A stretch of DNA of 64,000 bases. It comes from an uncultured virus (IMG/VR IMGVR_UViG_3300045234_000013) (lineage: Duplodnaviria > Heunggongvirae > Uroviricota > Caudoviricetes). Location: IMG/VR virus record IMGVR_UViG_3300045234_000013. One strand, written 5' to 3'. The notes under the pieces were generated by a model. That model worked only from the letters and a program-made list of their open reading frames with translations. It ran no database searches and had not been told where the DNA came from. Shown here one piece after another: positions 17,536 to 26,477 of the stretch (the stretch's first letter is position 1; every line of letters starts with the position of its first letter). The position numbers and the translations under genes were made by a program.

Positions 17536-20181
17536 GTGAGAAGAATGCTGACAGTAACAAGTGAGTTTTTTGAAGCCTGCAAAGACAAAGAACGTGAAGT
17601 TCTCACTCGTGTAATTATTAATAACAAAACAATTTACCTTAAAGATAGTATCAAGAAGATTGATTATTCAATGGGGGCTTTAGGAGGGGAAAGCTTCCAG
17701 ATTGGTTCAACACAATCTGCGACACTAAAGATTGTTTTCTCGGAAATCATTGAGAATTTTAAGGAACTCGATGAAATTAAAGTTGAAATCGGGTTTAAAA
17801 TACGAGGAACGGGGCTACCTTCTAATATAAATAATGTTTCGAAGGTAAATAGAGCACGCGTTGGAAGAGCCAGGTTAGTCAGCTATGTTGCTGATAGATA
17901 TGAGTTTGTACCGCTAGGGACGTTCTACGTTTCAGGTCGAGTTGATCCAGACAGAAACGAGAAAACTACTACAGTTGAAGCAAGAGATGGCTTTATCTTC
18001 ATGGAGTCAACATACGAATCTAACCTGAACTTTCCTGCAAAACTAAGCGACGTAGCATTAGAGATAGCAAATAAAAGTGGAGCCGTTATCGATCCAATAT
18101 CATTTAATCATTTGAGTAATTACTCCATTAATAATCCGACAGGATACACGTTTAGACAGGCAATAGGATTAATCGGGCAATTTGAAGGTGGTTTTGCTTG
18201 TTTTGATAGAGAAGGTAAGCTAGCTATTCGAACACTATCAGATCCGAACTTCAAAATAGATCCTAACGAATATTTTTTGAAAGGTCTTACTAAAAACGAG
18301 TTACTTTATCAGCCAAGAGGATTGTCTTGTAAAGTTGTAAATCCGACAGAAGGATCAAGTAACGAAACGACAATTCTGCAGTCTGGATCAAAAAACGGTT
18401 CGCAGATTTCTCTCGAAAATAATGTCATGACCCAAACTTTATTGGATGATATTTTCCAGAAAATAAGATACATCAATTTTTTCCCAATTAATGTGAAATG
18501 GAGAGGGAACCCCGCTATTGAGGTAGGCGATTGGGTCACCCTGACAGATAGAGAAGGAAAAAATTTCAAGTCTCCTGTTTTGAATTACTCAATGACGTTC
18601 GATGGTGGTTTTAGTTCCGTGATAAGCGCAGACTCGAAAGCTTATTCATCCAATGTGTCATCTTTCAAAGGTCCGCTTCAACAGAAACTTGATGATGTGG
18701 ATTATAGAATTGATGCAGCGGGTAAAAATAATGTGTATGAAGGGACAGAAGAACCTCTAAATCCCAAAGAAGGCGATATTTGGTTTAAAAAGAATGGACC
18801 CGATGATGAAATTTGGGTTTACAAACAAACATCTCCAGGAGTCTTTGAGTGGGTAATGACAACTTCTACAGCTCTCGAAGAAAGTATTAAGAAGCAAATT
18901 GAAGATAGTACTCCTAAGGACGAAATCGTCAAGACCATTAATCTCAGTACAGAAATGGACGGCAAAGAGTGGCTGAAAATAAAAGGCGCTAAGTTATGGT
19001 TAACGAACGAGACGAAGATTGACAAAGCTATAATCACTTCAGCAATGATTGGATCAGTTGATGCCGGAACTATTAGTGTTGGAACACTAGATGCTGCAAA
19101 AATCAGAGTCATTAATTTAGATGCTTCTTCCATCTCTACAGGAATTCTCGATGCCTCAAAAATCAGAGTGAAAAATTTGAATGCATCTGAAATTACCGCC
19201 GGCACTTTAAAAGCTATCGATATTCAAGGGGTCACGATAACTGGTAGCAAAATAGTGACTGATGGTTCGCAATTTAGAATGACTCAGGATAATGGGAAAT
19301 TAACTTGGTTCTCTAAAGAGTACAATAAAGAGTTTATGTCGTTAGAACCCAGCAAATTCGACGGCGCTGATGTTGGTATTTTGAAATATAAAATGGGAAT
19401 CGGCGGAGGGTTTCAATTAAGAGATAGTAAAGATAACTATGTTATTAGTTCTTATGATAATGGTGCCAAAAATCAAACTTGGTTGTCATTTAGTTCGGAT
19501 AGTCTTTTTTGGAGTAATAGAGCGTTTGTCCCAGATGCAAACTATAGTTATATTAATGCTTCAGGAGTTTCTATAGTTATACAAGCTAATAGCTATTCCT
19601 ACAGTTTTGCAAATGGGAATATAACAACCTCTCAAATTAAATTAATGGGCTATCAAACGTCGATAATTAATAGCGGACTGAGAGTTTATGATGGATTGAG
19701 TGTTTCTGGCACTAAAAATTCGCTAGTTAATACCCAAAGTTATGGGGAACGACTTTTAAACGCGTATGAGACTCCAGAATACCTATTCGCCACATATGGG
19801 AAAGTGACAACTGATAGCAATGGACATGGGCAAGTAATTATAGAAGAAAAATTTTTAGAGACAATCAATACTAAGTCTGATAATTATCATGTTTTTCTTT
19901 CACCTTATGAGAACTCTATTGTTTACGCGGAAAACCTAAGAGGAGATTCCTTTTCAGTTAAGTCTGACAGACCCTATGTAACAATGAGTTATCAACTAGT
20001 CGCTTATCGTTTAGGGTATGAAGATTTCTATTTAGAAACTCCTAGATCCAATAAAGAAAAACATCCCAATTTACCAACTAAGATACTTTCCTCGGAAGAG
20101 GCGACAGAAACTATATCACCAATCATTCCGTACCCGGAAGATGATAGTGATCAGCTAAAATCATATTTAGATAATAAATAG
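17536..20181 (+). CDS. Tail tip / host-specificity protein
   Basis: 881 aa; RGNPAIEVGD, ITAGTL repeats, GTKNSLV...YETPE C-terminal domain. Confidence 0.85.
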   Translation: MRRMLTVTSEFFEACKDKEREVLTRVIINNKTIYLKDSIKKIDYSMGALGGESFQIGSTQSATLKIVFSEIIENFKELDEIKVEIGFKIRGTGLPSNINNVSKVNRARVGRARLVSYVADRYEFVPLGTFYVSGRVDPDRNEKTTTVEARDGFIFMESTYESNLNFPAKLSDVALEIANKSGAVIDPISFNHLSNYSINNPTGYTFRQAIGLIGQFEGGFACFDREGKLAIRTLSDPNFKIDPNEYFLKGLTKNELLYQPRGLSCKVVNPTEGSSNETTILQSGSKNGSQISLENNVMTQTLLDDIFQKIRYINFFPINVKWRGNPAIEVGDWVTLTDREGKNFKSPVLNYSMTFDGGFSSVISADSKAYSSNVSSFKGPLQQKLDDVDYRIDAAGKNNVYEGTEEPLNPKEGDIWFKKNGPDDEIWVYKQTSPGVFEWVMTTSTALEESIKKQIEDSTPKDEIVKTINLSTEMDGKEWLKIKGAKLWLTNETKIDKAIITSAMIGSVDAGTISVGTLDAAKIRVINLDASSISTGILDASKIRVKNLNASEITAGTLKAIDIQGVTITGSKIVTDGSQFRMTQDNGKLTWFSKEYNKEFMSLEPSKFDGADVGILKYKMGIGGGFQLRDSKDNYVISSYDNGAKNQTWLSFSSDSLFWSNRAFVPDANYSYINASGVSIVIQANSYSYSFANGNITTSQIKLMGYQTSIINSGLRVYDGLSVSGTKNSLVNTQSYGERLLNAYETPEYLFATYGKVTTDSNGHGQVIIEEKFLETINTKSDNYHVFLSPYENSIVYAENLRGDSFSVKSDRPYVTMSYQLVAYRLGYEDFYLETPRSNKEKHPNLPTKILSSEEATETISPIIPYPEDDSDQLKSYLDNK

Positions 20182-20289
20182 AATTAGTGATTGCTCTTTT
20201 CTTTCATCGAATAACTCTAAACACGTTTGAGTTGTAATGATAAATATAAATAATGTAAGTTATATTGCTTACTTTAGGGAGATGATCAT

Positions 20290-20442
20290 ATGAGAGATAA
20301 CGGCTATGAAGTAGATGCAAATAAAGTCATAGAACATTTATTAAAAAGGCTCTCACAAGTAGAATTAGAAAACGCAACTTTGAATGTTGCTCTGGGACAA
20401 TTGTCTGATAGTAAAGATTCAAAAGTAGGAGAAGGTGAGTAA
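20290..20442 (+). CDS. Small coiled-coil protein, 50 aa
   Basis: RBS GGGAG; MRDNGYEVDANKVIEHLL...; abuts the next gene. Confidence 0.65.
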   Translation: MRDNGYEVDANKVIEHLLKRLSQVELENATLNVALGQLSDSKDSKVGEGE

Positions 20443-21333
20443 ATGGCTTATGAAAAGCAGACTTGGGTACCTTACGATGATAATAAAACTGAAGAAGAAA
20501 ATATTCAGGCTGGGGCTGTAGTCACTGCCGAAAAAATGAATTATTTAGAGACAGGATTAGACGAGCATGATAAAAATACGACTAATCCTCACAAGGTAAC
20601 AAAGGCTCAGGTTGGCTTAGGTAATGTAGCAAATGTGGAACAAGCGACAAAAACTGAATTTGACTCACATACCTCAAGTAAAACAAATCCGCACTCTGTT
20701 ACTGCTAGTCAAGTAGGAGCGTATAGCAAGGTTGAGTCTGAAAACAGGTATGCAAAACCATCGGACATTACAAAGGATAAAGCAGGATTGGGAAATGTTG
20801 ACAATTTCGCTACAGCAACAAGGCTCGATGCCGAACAAGGATTTGCGGCAAACGCATTTATGACACCCTTTAGAGTAAAACAACAAATTGATTATCGTAT
20901 GGCTACTCAAGATGAGACCAACAACGGGGTATCAACAGAAAAAATTATTAGTCCGAGTACTTTAAAGGCTGCTTTAGATGCTCTGAAATCCTCTTATTTA
21001 CTAAGTAAACAAGAATTTGTAATAAATAGCTCTAACTCTAACTATATTGAATCTGGTCAAATTGTTTTTCAGAGGTATTGGGATGAAGTCTTTGTGACAG
21101 GAGTCTTCAAAACTAAAAATCAAATACCAGCAGGTACAAGTTATTTAACGACAGGAGACTTGCCTGATTGGTTAAAAACAGATACCAATAGAAATTTCTT
21201 TTCGAAGTATGATAGTACGGTGATTAATATCTACTTGGAACAAGCTACTAACATCATAAAAACGGATGGTGCTGTTATACCTGCTGGCAAATGGGTTGCA
21301 GTGACATCTAGTTCATATCCAGTAAGAGAATAG
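20443..21333 (+). CDS. Tail fibre / receptor-binding protein
   Basis: NPHKVTKAQVGLGNV and NPHSVTASQVG fibre repeats. Confidence 0.8.
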   Translation: MAYEKQTWVPYDDNKTEEENIQAGAVVTAEKMNYLETGLDEHDKNTTNPHKVTKAQVGLGNVANVEQATKTEFDSHTSSKTNPHSVTASQVGAYSKVESENRYAKPSDITKDKAGLGNVDNFATATRLDAEQGFAANAFMTPFRVKQQIDYRMATQDETNNGVSTEKIISPSTLKAALDALKSSYLLSKQEFVINSSNSNYIESGQIVFQRYWDEVFVTGVFKTKNQIPAGTSYLTTGDLPDWLKTDTNRNFFSKYDSTVINIYLEQATNIIKTDGAVIPAGKWVAVTSSSYPVRE

Positions 21334-21402
21334 ATCTAAACAAGTATTTCAGCACACTTTCGAGTGTGCTTTTTATTTTGATTGGAAGGGGGAGCCAAGT
21401 GG

Positions 21403-21756
21403 ATGGAACTAGAAACGCAGGTGAAGGAGCATGAAAACAAGCTTAAACAACATGACAAAGAAATTAGCCGATTGAATGAGCGGTCCCTAGCAATGCAAAA
21501 AACAATGGATGAAAGTTTGATTCGAGTGGATGAATCAAATAAATACTTGCGTGAACAAAACACCGAACAAATGAAACAAAACAACGAAATTCTAAACGCG
21601 ATATTGACGCGCAACACAGATGCTGAAAAACGTTCAGATGAATTAAAAAAACTAAATACGGAAAATCTTTGGAAAATGATTTTAGGTATTGGCGGGTCTG
21701 CAGCGGTTATTTTTGCGTTTATTATGGAGCTACTTAAATTTTTAGGAGGAAGATAA
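21403..21756 (+). CDS. Coiled-coil membrane protein (XhlA / holin-associated)
   Basis: Coiled coil plus one C-terminal TM helix, upstream of the holin. Confidence 0.7.
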   Translation: MELETQVKEHENKLKQHDKEISRLNERSLAMQKTMDESLIRVDESNKYLREQNTEQMKQNNEILNAILTRNTDAEKRSDELKKLNTENLWKMILGIGGSAAVIFAFIMELLKFLGGR

Positions 21757-21758
21757 AC

Positions 21759-22028
21759 ATGGATCTATCTTTTATTACAGAAAACTTTGTACCAGTAATT
21801 GTTGTCGCGTGTTTGATCGTAGGCTACGTAATTAAAGCGACACCACTATTTAATAAACTGGCTAATTTATATATCCCATTGATCGTGGCGGTGCTAGGAG
21901 CTGCATTAGGCGCAGTAATGAATGGCGTCAGTGTGGAATCCATTGTCTATGGTGCAGTAAGCGGGTTAGCCTCCACAGGGTTACATCAAGTCTTTACAAA
22001 ACTATTGAATTTAGGAGGGAATGACTAA
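21759..22028 (+). CDS. Holin
   Basis: Small multi-TM protein with GAVSGLASTGLHQ motif. Confidence 0.9.
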   Translation: MDLSFITENFVPVIVVACLIVGYVIKATPLFNKLANLYIPLIVAVLGAALGAVMNGVSVESIVYGAVSGLASTGLHQVFTKLLNLGGND

Positions 22029-22336
22029 TGTTTGAAGAAGGAAAGTTTGTCACAGCAATTGGCAGTTTTATTGTGAAAGAAGTTGGTGACGAATTCGTTG
22101 AATTGGATTCTTTCGGAAAAGGTGGCGTAGAAGTCACAGATACCTATATAGAAAATGGATTTTCGGAAATCACTTCGGAAGGGATCGAAAAAGAATTTGA
22201 TGGATTTACTGTTGGAGATTTTTTCAAGTTAAACGGGAAGTATAAAGTTCTCCGTTCGAATGACATTTTTACGAAGGTTCAAGCAGGAGAATACATGTTA
22301 TCTCTTCCCAATCATAAATTGATGGAGGTGGCTTAA
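22028..22336 (+). CDS. Hypothetical acidic protein with an internal duplication
   Basis: Between holin and lysin; strong RBS. Confidence 0.8.
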   Translation: MFEEGKFVTAIGSFIVKEVGDEFVELDSFGKGGVEVTDTYIENGFSEITSEGIEKEFDGFTVGDFFKLNGKYKVLRSNDIFTKVQAGEYMLSLPNHKLMEVA

Positions 22337-22337
22337 C

Positions 22338-23381
22338 ATGCAATTAATGTCAGGTATTGCAGGCAGCCGTGGAAGAAATCCCTATGGAGTGGTTATCCAC
22401 AATGATGCAGCTTCCCAAGGTGCTACTACTACTTTTTATAGAAATTGGTTGCCAAGTCATAATGCAGAGCTGGGTTTCGCCCATTGGTATGTTTGTAGTG
22501 ACGGTATCTTACAAGTTGAGAATGAAGCAAATATGGCATGGCATACAGCGAATGCAAATGGGAATGCGAATTATATAGGGATTGAAGCTTGTCAATCTAT
22601 GGGAAATCTAGACACGTTCAGAAATAATGAAGATCGTTCAGTAAAACTAGCTGCTGAAATTTTAAAACGCTATGGACTACAACCGAATAGAAATACGGTA
22701 ATCTTGCACAAACAATTCTCAGCCACCGCCTGTCCGCATAGATCGGTATCGGTGCATGGAGATTGGACGATCATGCAAGATTATTTTATTGCTCAAATTC
22801 AAAAATACATGAATGGTTCTACACCAAATCCTGCACCTAAGCCTCAACCAACCGGAAACAAAAACGGCATTGCGATCGATAATATCACCAAAGATCAGGC
22901 GGTAAAAATGGTTCAGCGTATTCAAACAAAGTATGCCTGGACACTTTTACGCGATCAAGTGAAACGTGTGTTGCAACCGAACAAAGTCTATACGCTGGTT
23001 ATCACTTGTGATTCAAAATGGAAGTATGAGAATGCGGTCAACCGGTTGAAGCAAGAGCTTAAAACCTACTATCCAGGCTACATGCAGCAAAACATTGCGA
23101 TCGTTGATGGAGACAAACCTATAATCAAGATCGAGGCACGGAATTTGAATGATGAGCAAAGCAAGAAGATGGAAGGCCACATGCGCAATTTCTTGAAAGA
23201 CATCTTACTAGACGGTCAAACATACGCAGAAGCGAATTCTTACGGAACGTACGATGTTCGTATCAAAGGCGAAGGCTTCAATGATCATGATGCGCCTATT
23301 GTATTGAAGGAAATTCAAGAGATGGGTAAAGCGAAGGATGTTGGAATTAATCCAGCACATATTAAAGGATTTAAGTATTAG
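22338..23381 (+). CDS. Endolysin, N-acetylmuramoyl-L-alanine amidase (Amidase_2)
   Basis: VVIHND, AHWYV, AWHTA, IGIE, H...SATACP Zn-binding motifs; Pro-rich linker. Confidence 0.92.
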   Translation: MQLMSGIAGSRGRNPYGVVIHNDAASQGATTTFYRNWLPSHNAELGFAHWYVCSDGILQVENEANMAWHTANANGNANYIGIEACQSMGNLDTFRNNEDRSVKLAAEILKRYGLQPNRNTVILHKQFSATACPHRSVSVHGDWTIMQDYFIAQIQKYMNGSTPNPAPKPQPTGNKNGIAIDNITKDQAVKMVQRIQTKYAWTLLRDQVKRVLQPNKVYTLVITCDSKWKYENAVNRLKQELKTYYPGYMQQNIAIVDGDKPIIKIEARNLNDEQSKKMEGHMRNFLKDILLDGQTYAEANSYGTYDVRIKGEGFNDHDAPIVLKEIQEMGKAKDVGINPAHIKGFKY

Positions 23382-23423
23382 AATGCGCTTGCAAGATATT
23401 AACAAAAGAGCTATTATGAATGT

Positions 23424-23510
23424 GTAAGTTTTGCCAGAACTTACTTCTTTTTCATAACTAAGTTTCATCTTGATCGGCAACCAGTCGTGTGCGGGCTGGT
23501 TGTTTCTTTC
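23424..23510 (+). ncRNA. Putative sRNA (unit C)
   Basis: TTGCAA-17bp-TATTAT promoter (23389-23417); GTAAGTT/AACTTAC hairpin, U/C-rich linker, CAACCAGT/GCTGGTTG terminator. Confidence 0.6.
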
Positions 23511-23597
23511 TGTAGTGTATCACTTTGTCATGAGTGTATCATTTGCAAAGAAAACGGGTTATGGGTAAGTTTATTGTAATGGGAAGTCACTCGCCCA

Positions 23598-23663
23598 TAA
23601 AAAAGGGAACGTCAGATACAGTTACTTGGGGAAGTGGACTGTGGGGAAATCTGACGTTCCGTC
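23598..23663 (-). ncRNA. Putative sRNA (unit D) with two UUCCCC motifs
   Basis: Extended -10 TGTTACAAT; 12-bp stem GGAACGTCAGAT/ATCTGACGTTCC followed by a T tract. Confidence 0.55.
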
Positions 23664-23710
23664 TTTTTATATTGTAACATGAAGAAAAAATAATCATAGT
23701 TCTTTTAAAA

Positions 23711-23782
23711 GTATCCCTAGTTCAATTGGTAGAATACTCCGGTTCATATCGGAAGATGCGGGTTCGAGGCCTGCGGGGTACA
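23711..23782 (+). tRNA. tRNA, probably Met(CAT), with an irregular anticodon arm
   Basis: GTATCCC/GGGGTAC acceptor, GTTC/GAAT D stem, GCGGG-TTCGAGG-CCTGC T arm. Confidence 0.75.
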
Positions 23783-23871
23783 TACATTCTAATTTAAATA
23801 TAATGTTTGTTGCAAAACATTTACTATAGGTAAATTCACTGATAAGATGTTAAATAGAAGGAGGGGTTAGT

Positions 23872-24378
23872 ATGGATGAAAACCAAGAAGTTGTATTTGA
23901 TAACATTAATGTCTTAGCTAAATTTGTATGTGACAACTCTATTAGAAAAATGACTCCGTTACGACTTCAAAAGACATTATATTTTTTATTCGCATTTTAC
24001 GGGGCAACATATGGACTATTAAATAATGAAAATGTTGAAGAAAAACATTTTGAAGGTAGTGCTGATTATCCCAAACATCTATTTAAAGAAAATTTTGAGG
24101 CATGGCAGTACGGTCCAGTCATAAGAGAAATTTACAAAAATAATAAATATCATCAGGATGTTATTGAATCTTCTGAAATATGGCAACCTGCGAATGACCA
24201 AGAAGATTCTATAAAAGAGCTTTTGATACAAGTTATCCATCAGACAGATGAAATGGGTGATTTCACATTGGTTGAGCGAACACATGAAGACTTGGAATGG
24301 AAAAGGGCGTTCGATGATGGTCAAGGAGAGATGAATAAAGAATCCATTATAGAGGAATATAAACTTGAAGTCTTTTAA
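23872..24378 (+). CDS. Panacea / SocA (DUF4065) antitoxin-domain protein
   Basis: TPLRLQKTLYF, LFKENFEAWQYGPVIREIY and LVERTHED..W motifs. Confidence 0.9.
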   Translation: MDENQEVVFDNINVLAKFVCDNSIRKMTPLRLQKTLYFLFAFYGATYGLLNNENVEEKHFEGSADYPKHLFKENFEAWQYGPVIREIYKNNKYHQDVIESSEIWQPANDQEDSIKELLIQVIHQTDEMGDFTLVERTHEDLEWKRAFDDGQGEMNKESIIEEYKLEVF

Positions 24379-25009
24379 TTTTGACATTCAAAATAAAAAG
24401 AATATAAAGACAAGAGAAAAGCAAATACAAGAAAAGTTAGAAGTTCTTTCAACTATTAATATCAAATCAAAATTAAAAAACGGTGGAGAAATTTTTCTTA
24501 CTAGACCAGAAAAAAGAGCGGTAATTACTATCTCCTCGCTTTTTCTAGAATCTAAAACAAACTTTCCTTTAAAATTTACAAATTTTGTAGATAAAGAAAA
24601 TGTTAGTGAATCAACTAAAAAAACGTTGAATGAGATTGTTAATAATATTGAGTATGTTTGCGATAATACTGAGTCGGTTGCATTTAATAAGTTTAATGTT
24701 AAGAGGCTACGGGATGTATTAAAACTATACGGTCATAAAGAGTTATTAAGCGAGGATAACAATACTATCTTTAAGGTAGATGGTGTTCCATACTATGAAA
24801 GAGAAAAAAAGCAAAACCCATTTCGGATATATTTAAAAATTGATGAAAGCGATGAGGAGATTACTACTTATATTTTGATGTTTTGCGATGTATATCATCT
24901 TTGTTTAGTTACCGGGCATGGCGGTTTAACTGCAGACCAAATGTTAGAAAGGACGTTTCTCGGGCATGCTTATTCTTGCAAGGATCATATTAGATCACTA
25001 TTAGATTAA
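24365..25009 (+). CDS. Hypothetical protein, candidate toxin partner of the Panacea protein
   Basis: Overlaps the DUF4065 gene by 14 nt, AT-rich, followed by a terminator. Confidence 0.75.
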   Translation: MKSFNFDIQNKKNIKTREKQIQEKLEVLSTINIKSKLKNGGEIFLTRPEKRAVITISSLFLESKTNFPLKFTNFVDKENVSESTKKTLNEIVNNIEYVCDNTESVAFNKFNVKRLRDVLKLYGHKELLSEDNNTIFKVDGVPYYEREKKQNPFRIYLKIDESDEEITTYILMFCDVYHLCLVTGHGGLTADQMLERTFLGHAYSCKDHIRSLLD

Positions 25010-25079
25010 AAGGCCTCTAGCTCACGCTAAGGTCTTCTTTTCTATTGCGCATGTAAGCGTTACATTGTATAATAGCATC

Positions 25080-25138
25080 AATCCAAGAAAATCTTTATTT
25101 TCTGCAAGGAGCATTCGAGAAATCGGGTGTTCTTTTTG
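25080..25138 (+). ncRNA. Putative CcpA-regulated sRNA (unit E)
   Basis: TTGCGC-17bp-TATAAT with cre-like TGTAAGCGTTACAT (25052-25065); terminator GGAGCATTCG/CGGGTGTTCT with T tract. Confidence 0.6.
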
Positions 25139-25192
25139 TGTTAAGATAGTATAATTCTTGTTGCTGAAAACGTTTTATGCTAAACTAACAAT

Positions 25193-25260
25193 CAGAAACT
25201 ATCCATTTCTACTCCCTTTTAGGGAGGGCAGGCACCCTGGCGAAAGGTGCCTGTTTTTTA
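25193..25260 (+). ncRNA. Putative sRNA (unit F)
   Basis: TTGTTG-17bp-(TG)TAAACT; CTCCCT/AGGGAG hairpin; CAGGCACC/GGTGCCTG terminator. Confidence 0.55.
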
Positions 25261-25293
25261 TTGCACTGAAACCTAAAAGTGATAAACTATTAA

Positions 25294-25358
25294 GTAGAGA
25301 GTAGTCCACTCTCACTTTCTTTTGCCCACTCTTTACCCTTACTAGAGAGTGGGTTTTT
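25294..25358 (+). ncRNA. Putative sRNA (unit G)
   Basis: TTGCAC-16bp-(TG)TAAACT; GAGAGT/ACTCTC hairpin; CCCACTCT/AGAGTGGG terminator, which may also serve the convergent operon. Confidence 0.5.
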
Positions 25359-25611
25359 ATATTCTCATCATCTCAAACTCCATCATAATCTTCGTCATGC
25401 CTACCACCGCATACTTCTTCACCACGAACTGTTTCCTACTATTGTACTCCCCAGCAACAGCGATCCGCATTCCATCCTCTACATCTGCAAGAAAATTCAA
25501 CGAGTGACCAGCAATCAAGCAGCTAGTATCATCAAGCTTAAAATAGACGAGGGGACGTTCAGAATACTTTAGAATCTTTACGCTACTCACAATACCATTC
25601 AGACTTTGCAT
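25357..25611 (-). CDS. Hypothetical protein (OB-fold-like)
   Basis: Last gene of the SOS-boxed operon. Confidence 0.75.
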   Translation of the reverse strand: MQSLNGIVSSVKILKYSERPLVYFKLDDTSCLIAGHSLNFLADVEDGMRIAVAGEYNSRKQFVVKKYAVVGMTKIMMEFEMMRI

Positions 25612-25795
25612 TTAAACCACTCCCGTATTTTAGTATGTAGTAATCAAAATTATGAAGACCATTAGCTTTGCTGCAGTAGAAAGCAAAGCATCGTTCTCCG
25701 ATTTCATCTATAGCGTTAGGACCGAAATCCCACAATAAGACTTGGAGACGATCGAATGTTATCAATCCTAGATGATAAGAGAAGATAGGATTCAT
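25583..25795 (-). CDS. Hypothetical protein
   Basis: ATGA-coupled to the yolD-like gene. Confidence 0.6.
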   Translation of the reverse strand: MNPIFSYHLGLITFDRLQVLLWDFGPNAIDEIGERCFAFYCSKANGLHNFDYYILKYGSGLNAKSEWYCE

Positions 25796-26187
25796 TTCAG
25801 TTCACTCCATTTTTTCCAGTTGTAAACCTCAACATTTCTAATTTCATCGTAATGTACTTTTTGATCACCTATGTAAATTCCTAACTCATCGTAACCTCGA
25901 ATCATTCCTATAACATCATCGTAATACTGTGCATTTTCATTGAGGGCTTCTAACTGAACAGAGACAGGTTTGCTTTTTAGTCTAGCTTCGTTTAAGACCT
26001 TTTCGATTTCTTCACTCTGCATTAACGGTTTTTGATTATTGACCTTAGACCGTTCGGTTACATCCTTATTGATTGCTGCTGTTTGGTCGGATAGGTAAAA
26101 TCCGATCCATTTAAGCATATTCCGGTCCTCGTAAACTTTTTTAGCTTCTAAAAACAGTTTGATAGCTGACTCGTCATCGTAGATCAT
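25792..26187 (-). CDS. YolD-like protein
   Basis: YEDRNMLKWIGFYLSD...KPLMQSEEI motif. Confidence 0.8.
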   Translation of the reverse strand: MIYDDESAIKLFLEAKKVYEDRNMLKWIGFYLSDQTAAINKDVTERSKVNNQKPLMQSEEIEKVLNEARLKSKPVSVQLEALNENAQYYDDVIGMIRGYDELGIYIGDQKVHYDEIRNVEVYNWKKWSELK

Positions 26188-26408
26188 TTATAATCATCTG
26201 CCTCTAATTCAATGATATATCTTAATTTGGTAGCACCATTTTGATTTGTAACAATCTCTCTGTCGCACTTAAGCTTATTATGCTTTCTAAGAATAAGTAA
26301 CATGTCGATCTCGGCCATAAATTGGTCTTCCTCACAAGCGCTGTTAAAAAGTTCTATGTTTTCTTCAGATAGATAGTCGATAATAAATGATTTCCTCATA
26401 TCCATATG
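26184..26408 (-). CDS. Hypothetical protein (start after RBS GAGGTG, near MDMRKS)
   Basis: First gene of the SOS operon; the longer ORF-track start crosses the promoter and att region. Confidence 0.65.
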   Translation of the reverse strand, partial: HMDMRKSFIIDYLSEENIELFNSACEEDQFMAEIDMLLILRKHNKLKCDREIVTNQNGATKLRYIIELEADDYK

Positions 26409-26424
26409 ATCACCTCTTTGTGAC

Positions 26425-26454
26425 ATTATACGAACATATGTTCTAGAATGTAAA
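26425..26454 (-). promoter_or_regulatory. Sigma-A promoter overlapped by a LexA (SOS) box
   Basis: TTTACA-18bp-TATAAT on the minus strand; CGAACATATGTTCT at 26431-26444 matches Firmicute GAAC-N4-GTTC. Confidence 0.85.
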
Positions 26455-26477
26455 GCGAACAGTTTCTTAAGAATAAA

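Noticed and set aside
17536..21333. Possible diversity-generating retroelement or invertible tail-fibre system
   Set aside because: No reverse transcriptase, invertase or template/variable repeat pair seen; the repeats are ordinary fibre motifs.
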